Shown here piece by piece: positions 10,172-21,068 of a DNA stretch of 64,000 nt. Made by a program: the position numbers and the translations under genes. The DNA is from Escherichia coli (GTDB lineage Bacteria; Pseudomonadota; Gammaproteobacteria; Enterobacterales; Enterobacteriaceae): assembly GCF_024223415.1 (NCBI RefSeq), contig NZ_CP100500.1; one strand, 5' to 3'. Position 1 is the first letter of the stretch. Each line of letters opens with the position of its first letter. The notes beneath the pieces are model-generated. The model made no database searches. It was not told the DNA's origin and saw only the letters and a list, made by a program, of their open reading frames with translations.

Positions 10172-11137
10172 TTATACCTCCATTTTCTTCATTGTTTTCG
10201 AGGTTCTGTATTCCGGAATAGTGGTAACAATTGCACCGACCAGTGCAAACAGTGTTCCGATGATCGTGACCAGATAAACGCTATTGCCCAGCGATGGAAT
10301 TAATACGTCAATCAATACTGATCCCAGTAACTGGCCCGCCGTTGAAGCAACCCCCAGCATCAGTAACCCCAGACCTCTGACCAAAATGGCCATTAAACCG
10401 ATAGACATTAGTCCAAGCGGGCCGCCAAGATACATCCACCAGACATCTGGTAATTGAACAGTGACGTGCCCTAATGCGACACGAATAGCAAGCGCTGTGC
10501 CTAAAACACAAAATCCAACGATGAAATTCTAGGTGATTGAAACCAGCATGGATCCCGTAGCTTCAGCTACTTTTGCATTTCCAGCGGGCTGCCATCCTGC
10601 AAGCAAACCAGCTAAGAACGGAAGAATGGCAAGTAAGATGAAAGAGGTAGAATGCCACTGAGGTGACACAACAAAAATCGTAGCAATAACCGCAAATAAT
10701 GCACCGATGATGCAATAAGGGGTAAAGTATTTTTTCTCGTCGACACCGATACCAAAGCGATCGCAAAGTAAACCAGACAGCAATAGCGCGGAGATCAGTG
10801 CGGTTTGAAACGTTGCGACCCCGAGTGCGCTGGCTGATGCGCCTTCAGAAAATACCACCATCGCTCCACAGAGACCGGCAAACCAGTTCCAGAGAGGAAC
10901 TTTTCGGTTTTTAATCAGAGAAGGAATTGCCGCAAATTGTTGCCGGGTTTCTTTTCGCGCCATAATAATAAAAAACATCACGACTAAACCACTGGCAAAG
11001 GAGATAACTGCGCATGCATTACCATCCTGTAACCAGTGACCTAATTGACCATTCACCGCTGATTGCATAGGGGAGAGCATACCCGCAAGAATCGTGGCAA
11101 GCATCCATAAGGGAGTTGAGTACTTATTCTTTTTCAT
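10172..11137 (-). pseudogene. DMT-superfamily (DUF606/YdcZ-like) membrane transporter interrupted by an in-frame amber codon at 10529-10531
   Basis: ORFs 10529..11137 and 10172..10435 are in the same frame; the sequence between them encodes hydrophobic helix-like residues; the single TAG (plus-strand cta) separates them. Confidence 0.7.
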
Positions 11138-11193
11138 ACATCAATCCTTCTATTATAGTAAATGGAGTAACTGGAGTTACCCCATTATTATTA

Positions 11194-11952
11194 TTATCTT
11201 GCAATATGAGTCAGTATATTTACCCACAACGCGGTATAGAACGGCCAGGACATAAACTGCTGTGTACCCCAGTGCGGTGAACAGTCACTCATAAAGCAGG
11301 CTATTTTCCCGTTGTGATAGTTACCAAAGACCAGTAATGGAGCGTTGTTTATTGTTAATACCACCTCAGCATTTTCTTTAGCGATCGCCCGGTTATAACC
11401 TAGGAAAAAAGGATATTCAGAGAACCCTTTAATAACTGGATGTTCAGGTTGTGATGGCTGTGCAATAACACCCTCTGGTTTTTCGACACGATCGTCACCA
11501 TCTAACATCGTAACCGGGAGCACATCAGCCAGAACTGTATTTTTATAATTGGCTTTTGCTTCAATTCCCATGAATGAGAGATAGCCGCCAATCATCAATA
11601 ACCCACCACCGTTATTCACATATTCTTTAATCAGTTCGAGAGCGTTTGGTTTTATGCGAAGCTGATAAAAAGTATCATTTTGTAGCAGGAAAGTATTACT
11701 ACCAATATCACTAATAACGATGGCATCATATTGTTCTAACTGTGCCACATCTTCAGGGAAGGCAATTTGTACCGTATGTGCTGGCATATAGGTGACATCT
11801 ACCTGACTATTTTTCAGACACTGGAGTAACCAGGTCGCACCTTCTTCATATTTACTTGAGGTAAAACTGTCATATCCTTTTGAATGAATCATATGAATAT
11901 GCCAGGATTCCCCAATAAAGAGCACTTTTAGTGATTTTTTGGTGTTATTCAT
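11194..11952 (-). CDS. ThuA-like / class I glutamine-amidotransferase-like domain protein
   Basis: 252-aa ORF; fold assignment from sequence impression only. Confidence 0.45.
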   Translation of the reverse strand: MNNTKKSLKVLFIGESWHIHMIHSKGYDSFTSSKYEEGATWLLQCLKNSQVDVTYMPAHTVQIAFPEDVAQLEQYDAIVISDIGSNTFLLQNDTFYQLRIKPNALELIKEYVNNGGGLLMIGGYLSFMGIEAKANYKNTVLADVLPVTMLDGDDRVEKPEGVIAQPSQPEHPVIKGFSEYPFFLGYNRAIAKENAEVVLTINNAPLLVFGNYHNGKIACFMSDCSPHWGTQQFMSWPFYTALWVNILTHIAR

Positions 11953-11965
11953 TCTCTGTCCCTTC

Positions 11966-13180
11966 TTAATGCGTAAAAATAGTTTGCTGATAATGTATAC
12001 TCTGAATTCGATGTATCACAGATTCATGTTCAGGCATGTCGGAAGCATTGCTTGTCTCCACCGCTAGGGATGCAAAGGCGCTGGCATAACACAGTGCTGA
12101 TTCCAGTGATTTTCCTTTCGCAAGTCCTGATGCCAGAGAGCCGTTAAACGCATCCCCGGCTCCTGCCGTATTTTTAACGACCGCTGGAAACGCTGGCGAA
12201 TGAATGAATTTTTTGCCATCAAATGCGAGCGAGCCCTTGCTACCGAGCGTGATAACCGTGTTTTTTACCCCTTTATTGTGGATAGCTTCTGCAGCTCGTT
12301 TAGCTGATTCAAGATCGTGTACGTCTATGCCGGACAGTAAACCAGCTTCTGTTTCATTGGGGGTGATATAATCAACATCCTGAATAAGTTCGTTGACGAT
12401 ATCATTATAGGGTGCCGGGTTAATAATGACCGGGATACTGTTTTTTTGCGCCAATGTGATCGCTTGTTGCAGAGCGGTATAATTTGTTTCGAGCTGCAGA
12501 AGTATGACATCAGAATTAATAATCGCTTCTTTCTGAATAGTTATTTCATCGGACGACATTGTCATGTTGGCACCGGGATAGATCGCAATAACATTATCGC
12601 CAGTACCTTCATTAACAAGGATCGTGGCAGTTCCGGTTTGCGTTTCTTTCGTTTGATAAATTATACTTTTATAAATCTTAGACGAATTCATAAAGTTGAT
12701 CGCATAATCACTAAAGTGATCTGTACCTACTTTTGTTATGAAATAAACATCAGTATCGGCAAAGCTTGCTGCCAGCGCCTGGTTACAGCCTTTTCCCCCC
12801 GGTGAAAATATAAAATTACTTGCCAGAAGCGATTCTCCGATAGTGGGAAGCCTCGGCAAATAACTGATGATATCAACATTAAACGAACCAATAACGCATA
12901 CTTGACTTTTCATAGTTGAGTGGCCTTTTTTTATTCCCTGGGCTGTATCATAATTTTCAAGCGCATAAGCGATTTCATTTTTCGCAATAGTATCAAGCGA
13001 GTCTAGGACGATAAAAGCACCGCCATGACATCGAGTCAGATAGCCAAGCCTGGCAAGTTCATTAAGATCTGAACGAATAGTTTCTTTCGTTACATTGAGG
13101 CTATTGGACAGATCGGATACTTTTACAGAACCGAATTTACTGAGTCGTTTCAATATTTCATGATGGCGTTCAAATTTCAT
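11966..13180 (-). CDS. fusion protein: N-terminal DeoR-type HTH plus PfkB/ribokinase-family carbohydrate kinase
   Basis: N-terminus HHEILKRLSKFGSVKVSDLSNSLNVTKETIRSDLNELARLGYL (DeoR HTH); kinase motifs GGKGCNQA and NTAGAGDAFNGSLASGL. Confidence 0.7.
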   Translation of the reverse strand: MKFERHHEILKRLSKFGSVKVSDLSNSLNVTKETIRSDLNELARLGYLTRCHGGAFIVLDSLDTIAKNEIAYALENYDTAQGIKKGHSTMKSQVCVIGSFNVDIISYLPRLPTIGESLLASNFIFSPGGKGCNQALAASFADTDVYFITKVGTDHFSDYAINFMNSSKIYKSIIYQTKETQTGTATILVNEGTGDNVIAIYPGANMTMSSDEITIQKEAIINSDVILLQLETNYTALQQAITLAQKNSIPVIINPAPYNDIVNELIQDVDYITPNETEAGLLSGIDVHDLESAKRAAEAIHNKGVKNTVITLGSKGSLAFDGKKFIHSPAFPAVVKNTAGAGDAFNGSLASGLAKGKSLESALCYASAFASLAVETSNASDMPEHESVIHRIQSIHYQQTIFTH

Positions 13181-13287
13181 GCTTCACCTCACTTCAGTTA
13201 CGTTAATATCTATCGATGTATATTGATGTGATAATCACCATAAAGTGGCGGGGAAAAGCAAAAAAAAGCAAAAATAGCCTGAGAAAA

Positions 13288-13850
13288 GGTAAGCGTTAAT
13301 GGAGAATCATATTGATGCTTATTTATTGGTGAGAACTACGTTCCATGGCAGGAGTTCATCAATACGGTTGGAAGGTTATTCCGGCAGTACGCTCAGGATA
13401 TGGCGCAGATACGCTTCCGGATCAATGTCGTTCAGAAGGCAAGTGCCGATAAGCCCATACAACAGTGCACTGCGCTCGCCGCCGAAGAACATAAAGTTTT
13501 TATTTCCGAGACAGATGGCACAAAGGGCTTTTTCCGCGGCATTATGTCTGCCTCCGCCTGACCGTCAACACTGTAATAACAGAGTGCGCCCCACTGATTC
13601 AGTACACAGCTGAACCATTCTCCCAGTCTGGATTTTTGGATAGCGTGGCATTTTTCTCCACCATGCATGCAGTGAGTCCAGTAACAGTTTGCTCTTCTTC
13701 TGCCTGACCACAAGATGTGCTGGACTGGTAAACGATGGGGATACCTGCTTACGCGAGAGCAATAAGTGGCTGGCCACAATTCTCGGTACAAAACTCTGCT
13801 GAATAGCAGCGATTTTCCCAGCGTGGTGCGTCGTTTTCATTTTACTGGTT
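13288..13850 (-). mobile_element. IS66-family remnant: terminal repeat (GTAAGCG at 13288) plus frameshifted 3' part of a transposase gene
   Basis: Minus-strand translation near 13327-13380 gives PSNRIDELLPWNVVLTNK*, resembling the IS66 transposase C-terminus; upstream frames are broken. Confidence 0.6.
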
Positions 13851-15230
13851 CTAAGTTAACAATTATCTGTTCACTAATGACTACTCTAAAAACTTGTATC
13901 AGGACTATCACTTATTTAAGTGATATTGGTTGTCTGGAGATTCAGGGGGCCAGTCTATAAACTTTTTACAAAAGGATGAATGCAGAAGGTTACTCTAATG
14001 GCCAGAGTGATGACAATGATGGTCAGACGTTGACCTGCAGAAACTGCATTTTAATTGGTCTATAAAGTCTGCAAGAGGAATCAGGGTCAGATCAGTGAGT
14101 CTTATCGCGGCCCGAAGCTATGACTGAAAGAAGGCTGGATACAGAATTGCAACAATTTGGCAATGTCAGAACACAGAAGCTTTGCAAGCAGGTGAAAGGT
14201 TATGTCTAGCAAAAGGAGTATATCAGAATACATCTACTGATGTACAAAACACAACAATAGCTTCATGATATATAAATACGTGATGACGAGTGGTACTCCG
14301 CATGGTTATTTAACTTCTCAGCACCACTAATGATCCTGAGCAACTTCGTATTTGGGCCATTGCCATGGAGTAGAAAGCTGTGTCTGAGAATGCAGAATTT
14401 GAGAAAAGAATTCGCTTTCTTGGAGAGCTTCTGAAAATGGCACGCTAACAACGTTTTGTTAAAAAATGTGAATCACTTGCCGGGGCTGCATTTTCTATTC
14501 GAGGAGAATGTTGACGTAGATATTACAGAAATCTCAGCGCATCAGGATAAACTGCTACCTTAGGTCAACCACCAAAAGAAAATACAATACGTCCAGTTTG
14601 TATGCCTTTAATAACACATCTTCTAAATGTTGAAGAATTATCCCGCCTGCTGAAGAACGTTGCTCTGAGTGTGATAAACCTTTTTATTCTTGATGATGTC
14701 AGCGAGAAGATGGAATATATCCCCGACTGGGTCGTGGTTACCCGGTTAAACATCTGGTGGCGCTAATAAATCTGGCAAGTCACATTCTGTTGAATGCTGT
14801 GACAGTGCCTTACCGAGAGAGCGAAATTGTGGTGTTCTAGTGCATAGTCGCCACCATTCCGGATAATTCTATTGCGTTGTTTTACAAGTTCTTTTACAGC
14901 GCAGATCTGTTGCTGACGTTGAATCAATAGCCTGGATTTCAGAACACAATGCCCGTTTGCTGGTTGGTCCGGCAGTAGCATTAATTCATTATCTGAATGA
15001 AATGTGTCAATCCACAGAAACCGCTGTCAATGACACATTTTGTCGGACGTTAACACGAGAAAGTCTGGCTATTCCGTAATGCCATCTTATTTCGTAATGG
15101 ATTGAGAATGCTGGATTTTTAATTATATTACGCGCAGTATTAATCGCGTAAATGTTTTGCGGTCAGCAACGGTGGGGGATCCATTGTTCTGTTCAATGAA
15201 TACCATCATACATTTGAATCAGGAGTCGGT

Positions 15231-15776
15231 ATGATGATTTTGGTGACGGGGGGCGCACGGAGCGGGAAGAGTCGCCACGCAGAGGCGCTTATTGGGGACT
15301 CTTCACAGGTTCTGTATATCGCTACCTCGCAAATCCTTGATGATGAGATGGCTGCACGGATAGAACATCATCGGCAAGGCCGCCCGGAGCACTGGCGCAC
15401 AGTGGAGCGCTGGCAACATCTTGATGAATTAATTCATGCAGACATTAACCCGAATGAGGTTGTGTTGCTGGAATGCGTTACCACAATGGTGACTAATCTG
15501 TTGTTTGATTATGGCGGCGATAAAGACCCTGATGAATGGGATTATCAGGCGATGGAACAGGCGATTAATGCTGAGATTCAGTCGTTGATTGCTGCCTGCC
15601 AACGTTGCCCCGCAAAGGTTGTATTAGTGACTAACGAAGTGGGAATGGGGATTGTGCCGGAGAGTCGTCTGGCACGACATTTTCGTGATATTGCCGGGCG
15701 GGTAAATCAGCAGTTGGCCGCTGCGGCAAATGAAGTATGGCTGGTGGTTTCGGGTATTGGAGTAAAAATCAAATGA
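15231..15776 (+). CDS. cobU: adenosylcobinamide kinase / adenosylcobinamide-phosphate guanylyltransferase
   Basis: 181 aa, [19 protein letters not shown]-loop; first gene of cobU-cobS-cobT. Confidence 0.95.
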
Positions 15777-16516
15777 GTAAATTATTTTGGGCGATGCTCT
15801 CATTTATTACGCGTCTGCCTGTACCGCGTCGCTGGTCCCAGGGACTGGATTTCGAGCATTATTCTCGCGGTATTATTACTTTTCCTTTAATTGGATTATT
15901 GCTTGGCGCGATTAGCGGGCTGGTCTTCATGGTGCTGCAGGCATGGTGTGGCGTACCACTGGCGGCACTGTTTAGCGTACTTGTGCTGGCGCTGATGACC
16001 GGGGGATTCCACCTGGACGGCCTCGCCGATACCTGTGATGGCGTATTTTCTGCACGTAGCCGCGATCGCATGTTGGAAATCATGCGTGATAGCCGTTTAG
16101 GCACCCATGGCGGTCTGGCATTGATTTTTGTTGTACTGGCAAAGATTCTGGTATTAAGCGAGTTGGCTCTGCGTGGCGAACCGATCCTTGCATCGCTGGC
16201 GGCAGCATGTGCGGTCAGCCGCGGGACTGCCGCATTATTGATGTATCGTCATCGTTATGCGCGGGAAGAAGGGCTTGGCAATGTGTTCATTGGCAAAATT
16301 GATGGGCGACAAACCTGCGTCACACTCGGCTTAGCCGCTATTTTTGCTGCCGTATTATTGCCGGGTATGCATGGTGTGGCTGCTATGGTGGTGACGATGG
16401 TGGCGATTTTCATCCTCGGTCAGCTTCTCAAACGTACGCTGGGCGGGCAAACCGGCGATACGCTGGGAGCTGCTATAGAGCTTGGTGAACTGGTCTTCCT
16501 GCTGGCACTGCTATAA
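15773..16516 (+). CDS. cobS: adenosylcobinamide-GDP ribazoletransferase (cobalamin synthase)
   Basis: 247-aa membrane protein; ATG overlaps the cobU TGA (ATGA). Confidence 0.95.
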
Positions 16517-16527
16517 AGAGACGTGAC

Positions 16528-17607
16528 ATGCAAACACTTGCCGATTTACTGAATACGATCCCTGCTATCGATCCTGCCGCTATGTCGCGTGCACAACGGC
16601 ATATTGACGGGTTACTCAAACCTGTTGGTAGCCTGGGAAGGCTGGAGGCGCTTGCCATACAACTGGCGGGAATGCCGGGGTTGAATGGCATACCGCATGT
16701 GGGCAAAAAAGCGGTACTGGTTATGTGTGCCGATCACGGCGTCTGGGAGGAAGGGGTCGCTATTTCCCCAAAAGAAGTGACAGCCATTCAGGCTGAAAAT
16801 ATGACCCGCGGAACAACCGGCGTGTGTGTGCTGGCAGCACAAGCGGGCGCTAACGTCCACGTAGTTGATGTTGGTATTGATAGTGCTGAGCCTATCCCCG
16901 GGCTTATCAACATGCGTGTCGCACGAGGTAGCGGCAATATTGCTTCAGCTCCGGCAATGAGTCGCCGTCAGGCTGAAAAGTTGCTTTTGGACGTCATATG
17001 TTATACGCGGGAGCTGGCAAAAAACGGTGTCACGCTGTTTGGTGTAGGTGAACTGGGGATGGCAAACACGACACCGGCAGCGGCAATAGTCAGCACAATC
17101 ACTGGCCGGGATCCTGAAGAAGTGGTTGGGATTGGCGCAAACCTGCCGACAGATAAACTGGCTAATAAAATTGATGTTGTGCGCCGGGCGATTACGTTGA
17201 ATCAACCAAATCCGCAGGATGGCGTTGATGTCCTGGCAAAAGTGGGTGGATTTGATTTGGTCGGAATGGCTGGCGTGATGTTAGGCGCTGCTTCCTGCGG
17301 TTTACCCGTGTTGCTGGATGGATTTCTTTCTTATGCTGCCGCGCTCGCAGCCTGCCAGATGTCTCCTGCAAACAAACCGTATCTCATTCCTTCTCACCTG
17401 TCGGCAGAAAAAGGGGCGCGTATTGCGCTGTCGCATTTGGGGCTGGAGCCTTATCTCAATATGGAGATGCGTTTAGGTGAGGGGAGTGGCGCAGCTCTGG
17501 CGATGCCCATCATCGAAGCTGTCTGTGCGATATATAACAACATGGGCGAACTTGCTGCCAGTAATATTGTTCTACCGGGGAATACGACTTCTGATTTGAA
17601 CAGTTAA
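16528..17607 (+). CDS. cobT: nicotinate-nucleotide--dimethylbenzimidazole phosphoribosyltransferase
   Basis: 359 aa; operon position. Confidence 0.95.
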   Translation: MQTLADLLNTIPAIDPAAMSRAQRHIDGLLKPVGSLGRLEALAIQLAGMPGLNGIPHVGKKAVLVMCADHGVWEEGVAISPKEVTAIQAENMTRGTTGVCVLAAQAGANVHVVDVGIDSAEPIPGLINMRVARGSGNIASAPAMSRRQAEKLLLDVICYTRELAKNGVTLFGVGELGMANTTPAAAIVSTITGRDPEEVVGIGANLPTDKLANKIDVVRRAITLNQPNPQDGVDVLAKVGGFDLVGMAGVMLGAASCGLPVLLDGFLSYAAALAACQMSPANKPYLIPSHLSAEKGARIALSHLGLEPYLNMEMRLGEGSGAALAMPIIEAVCAIYNNMGELAASNIVLPGNTTSDLNS

Positions 17608-17668
17608 AAACGAAAAGTCTGATAAAAGCTATACTTAACGGATAGCTTTCGCGACTTAGGAAAGGGAC

Positions 17669-18604
17669 ATGATGCGTCGTGTAAATATTTTTTGCTCATT
17701 TGCTCTGCTTTTTGCCAGCCAAAATAGCCTGGCGGTAACTTATCCATTACCTCCAGAGGGTAGCCGTTTAGTGGGGCAGTCGCTTACTGTAACTGTTCCT
17801 GATCACAATACTCAGCCGCTGGAGACTTTTGCCGCACAATACGGGCAAGGGTTAAGTAATATGCTGGAAGCGAATCCGGGCGCTGATGTTTTTTTGCCGA
17901 AGCCTGGCTCACAACTCACCATTCCGCAGCAACTGATTTTGCCCGCCACTGTTCGTAAAGGGATTGTGGTTAACGTCGCTGAAATGCGTCTTTATTACTA
18001 TCCGCCAGACAGTAATACAGTGGAAGTCTTTCCTATTGGTATCGGCCAGGCTGGGCGAGAAACCCCGCGTAACTGGGTGACTACCGTTGAACGTAAACAA
18101 GAAGCACCAACCTGGACGCCAACGCCGAACACCCGGCGCGAATATGCGAAACGAGGGGAGAGTTTGCCCGCATTTGTTCCTGCGGGGCCCGATAACCCCA
18201 TGGGGCTGTACGCGATTTATATTGGCAGGTTGTATGCCATCCACGGTACCAATGCCAATTTTGGTATTGGGCTCCGTGTAAGTCAGGGCTGTATTCGTCT
18301 GCGTAATGACGATATCAAATATCTGTTTGATAATGTTCCTGTAGGCACTCGTGTACAAATTATTGATCAGCCAGTGAAATACACAACGGAACCGGATGGT
18401 TCAAAGTGGCTGGAAGTTCATGAGCCGCTGTCGCGCAATCGTGCAGAATATGAGTCTGACCGAAAAGTGCCATTGCCGGTAACCCCATCTTTGCGGGCGT
18501 TTATCAACGGGCAAGAAGTTGATGTAAATCGCGCAAATGCTGCGTTGCAACGTCGATCGGGAATGCCTGTGCAAATTAGTTCTGGTTCAAGACAGATGTT
18601 CTAA
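17669..18604 (+). CDS. ldtA: L,D-transpeptidase (ErfK/LdtA)
   Basis: About 310 aa, signal peptide, YkuD-type catalytic region with conserved ...SQGCIRL. Confidence 0.9.
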   Translation: MMRRVNIFCSFALLFASQNSLAVTYPLPPEGSRLVGQSLTVTVPDHNTQPLETFAAQYGQGLSNMLEANPGADVFLPKPGSQLTIPQQLILPATVRKGIVVNVAEMRLYYYPPDSNTVEVFPIGIGQAGRETPRNWVTTVERKQEAPTWTPTPNTRREYAKRGESLPAFVPAGPDNPMGLYAIYIGRLYAIHGTNANFGIGLRVSQGCIRLRNDDIKYLFDNVPVGTRVQIIDQPVKYTTEPDGSKWLEVHEPLSRNRAEYESDRKVPLPVTPSLRAFINGQEVDVNRANAALQRRSGMPVQISSGSRQMF

Positions 18605-18625
18605 GAGCGTTGATAATTAGAAAGT

Positions 18626-18655
18626 AAAAAGCCTGCTCGAAAGCAGGCTTTTTTG
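18626..18655. terminator. bidirectional Rho-independent terminator hairpin between ldtA and asnV
   Basis: aaaaagcctgctcgaaagcaggctttttt. Confidence 0.7.
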
Positions 18656-18659
18656 AATT

Positions 18660-18735
18660 TGGCTCCTCTGACTGGACTCGAACCAGTGACATACGGATTA
18701 ACAGTCCGCCGTTCTACCGACTGAACTACAGAGGA
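18660..18735 (-). tRNA. asnV: tRNA-Asn (GUU)
   Basis: Reverse complement matches the E. coli tRNA-Asn sequence including CCA. Confidence 0.95.
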
Positions 18736-18990
18736 ATCGTGTGAACGGGGCGCATATTAATGGCAGTGCATGGTGATGTCAAAGGGTGAAATGCATTTTT
18801 TTGTTTGTTTGCTGCCAATTTCAACAAAGTGGTGAGCTTTCAATCTTATTGGGTAATGAACCATCGTGGTGCATACCCTCCTTTTATAGGGCAGGTGAAT
18901 GCGACTGCAGATAAAAAGAGCCAATGACGAATCTATCATAATCTCTTATTTGACAGTTGGTTAGCTTGCGCATCAACGCCAAAATAGAAC

Positions 18991-19006
18991 TGGCAAGCAT
19001 CTTGCA
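18991..19006 (+). promoter_or_regulatory. sigma-54 promoter (-24/-12 element) for nac
   Basis: TGGCAAGCATCTTGCA fits TGGCAC-N5-TTGCA with correct GG-N10-GC spacing, about 55 bp upstream of the nac ATG. Confidence 0.7.
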
Positions 19007-19061
19007 TTCTGGTTGTAAGTAATGGCGGCACTTGGGCCGACTCTTAAAAACCGGAGGCAAC

Positions 19062-19979
19062 ATGAACTTCAGACGCCTGAAATACTTCGTAAAAATTGTA
19101 GATATTGGTAGCCTGACCCAGGCTGCTGAAGTATTGCATATCGCACAACCAGCGCTCAGCCAGCAGGTTGCCACACTGGAAGGTGAGTTTAATCAACAAC
19201 TTTTGATTCGCACAAAACGGGGCGTTACGCCAACTGACGCCGGAAAAATTCTCTATACCCATGCGCGGGCCATTTTACGTCAGTGTGAGCAGGCCCAACT
19301 GGCGGTGCATAACGTTGGTCAGGCATTATCGGGGCAAGTCTCGATTGGCTTTGCGCCAGGAACCGCTGCGTCATCCATCACCATGCCCTTATTACAGGCG
19401 GTTCGCGCTGAATTCCCGGAGGTCGTTATCTATCTTCATGAAAATAGCGGTGCAGTGCTTAACGAAAAACTGATAAATCACCAACTCGATATGGCGGTGA
19501 TTTATGAGCATTCCCCTGTGGCTGGTGTATCCAGTCAGGCTTTACTGAAAGAAGATCTTTTCCTGGTAGGGACTCAAGATTGTCCGGGGCAAAGCGTTGA
19601 TGTTAATGCTATTGCGCAAATGAACCTCTTTCTTCCCAGTGATTACAGTGCTGTTAGACTTCGTGTTGATGAGGCTTTTTCCCTACGGCGACTCACGGCA
19701 AAAGTCATTGGTGAAATTGAGTCTATTGCCACGCTTACCGCAGCGATTGCCAGCGGCATGGGCGTTGCAGTATTACCCGAATCGGCCGCGCGTTCGTTAT
19801 GTGGCGCAGTAAACGGGTGGATGTCACGCATTACCACACCTTCCATGAGTCTCTCTTTGTCATTAAATTTACCCGCCAGAGCGAACTTATCACCACAGGC
19901 ACAGGCAGTGAAAGAGTTGTTAATGTCAGTGATGAGTTCTCCAGTGATGGAAAAAAGGCAGTGGCAATTGGTGAGCTAA
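19062..19979 (+). CDS. nac: nitrogen assimilation control protein, LysR-family regulator
   Basis: 305 aa, MNFRRLKYFVKIVDIGSLTQAAEVLHIAQPALSQQV. Confidence 0.95.
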   Translation: MNFRRLKYFVKIVDIGSLTQAAEVLHIAQPALSQQVATLEGEFNQQLLIRTKRGVTPTDAGKILYTHARAILRQCEQAQLAVHNVGQALSGQVSIGFAPGTAASSITMPLLQAVRAEFPEVVIYLHENSGAVLNEKLINHQLDMAVIYEHSPVAGVSSQALLKEDLFLVGTQDCPGQSVDVNAIAQMNLFLPSDYSAVRLRVDEAFSLRRLTAKVIGEIESIATLTAAIASGMGVAVLPESAARSLCGAVNGWMSRITTPSMSLSLSLNLPARANLSPQAQAVKELLMSVMSSPVMEKRQWQLVS

Positions 19980-20080
19980 GCGTTATATCGGGATGGAATA
20001 AGATGCGGGTTTTTATTATTTGTTATGCCGGGCATTAGACTTTAACAATAACGGAAAATCTGAACTGCCCGGAGTTTACC

Positions 20081-21031
20081 GTGAATTTCCAACAACTAAA
20101 GATAATCCGCGAGGCTGCACGTCAGGATTACAACCTGACAGAGGTTGCGAATATGCTTTTTACCTCACAGTCCGGCGTCAGCCGTCATATTCGGGAACTG
20201 GAGGATGAACTTGGCATCGAAATATTTGTTCGACGAGGTAAGCGACTGCTGGGCATGACTGAACCGGGCAAAGCATTACTGGTCATTGCTGAACGTATTC
20301 TGAATGAAGCCAGTAATGTTCGTCGGCTTGCAGACCTGTTTACCAACGATACGTCTGGCGTTCTCACTATTGCAACGACGCATACTCAGGCACGTTATAG
20401 TTTGCCAGAGGTCATTAAATCTTTTCGCGAACTTTTCCCGGAGGTTCGGCTCGAGCTAATCCAGGGGACGCCACAGGAAATTGCGACGTTGTTGCATAAT
20501 GGTGAAGCTGATATTGGTATCGCCAGCGAGCGTTTGAGTAATGACCCGCAGCTCGTCGCCTTCCCGTGGTTTCGTTGGCACCATAGTTTGCTTGTTCCAC
20601 TCGATCATCCCTTGACGCAAATTACACCATTGACGCTGGAATCAATAGCGAAGTGGCCGTTAATCACTTACCGACAGGGGATTACGGGGCGCTCACGTAT
20701 TGATGACGCATTTGCCCGCAAAGGTTTGCTGGCAGATATTGTATTAAGTGCGCAGGATTCTGATGTCATTAAAACCTATGTTGCTCTTGGGCTTGGGATC
20801 GGAATAGTTGCCGAACAATCCAGCGGTGAACAAGAGGAAAAGAATTTAATCCGCCTGGATACGCGGCATCTTTTTGATGCTAATACTGTCTGGTTGGGAC
20901 TGAAGCGAGGACAACTTCAGCGTAACTATGTCTGGCGCTTTCTGGAACTTTGTAATGCAGGGCTTTCAGTTGAGGATATCAAGCGGCAGGTGATGGAAAA
21001 CAGTGAAGAGGAAATTGATTATCAGATATAG
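20081..21031 (+). CDS. cbl: CysB-like LysR-family regulator
   Basis: 316 aa, MNFQQLKIIREAARQDYNLTEVANMLFTSQSGVSRHI. Confidence 0.95.
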   Translation: MNFQQLKIIREAARQDYNLTEVANMLFTSQSGVSRHIRELEDELGIEIFVRRGKRLLGMTEPGKALLVIAERILNEASNVRRLADLFTNDTSGVLTIATTHTQARYSLPEVIKSFRELFPEVRLELIQGTPQEIATLLHNGEADIGIASERLSNDPQLVAFPWFRWHHSLLVPLDHPLTQITPLTLESIAKWPLITYRQGITGRSRIDDAFARKGLLADIVLSAQDSDVIKTYVALGLGIGIVAEQSSGEQEEKNLIRLDTRHLFDANTVWLGLKRGQLQRNYVWRFLELCNAGLSVEDIKRQVMENSEEEIDYQI

Positions 21032-21033
21032 CA

Positions 21034-21060
21034 AAAAGCCCGCTATAAAAGCGGGCTTTT
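21034..21060. terminator. Rho-independent terminator after cbl
   Basis: aaaaagcccgctataaaagcgggctttt. Confidence 0.7.
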
Positions 21061-21068
21061 CAGAAATT

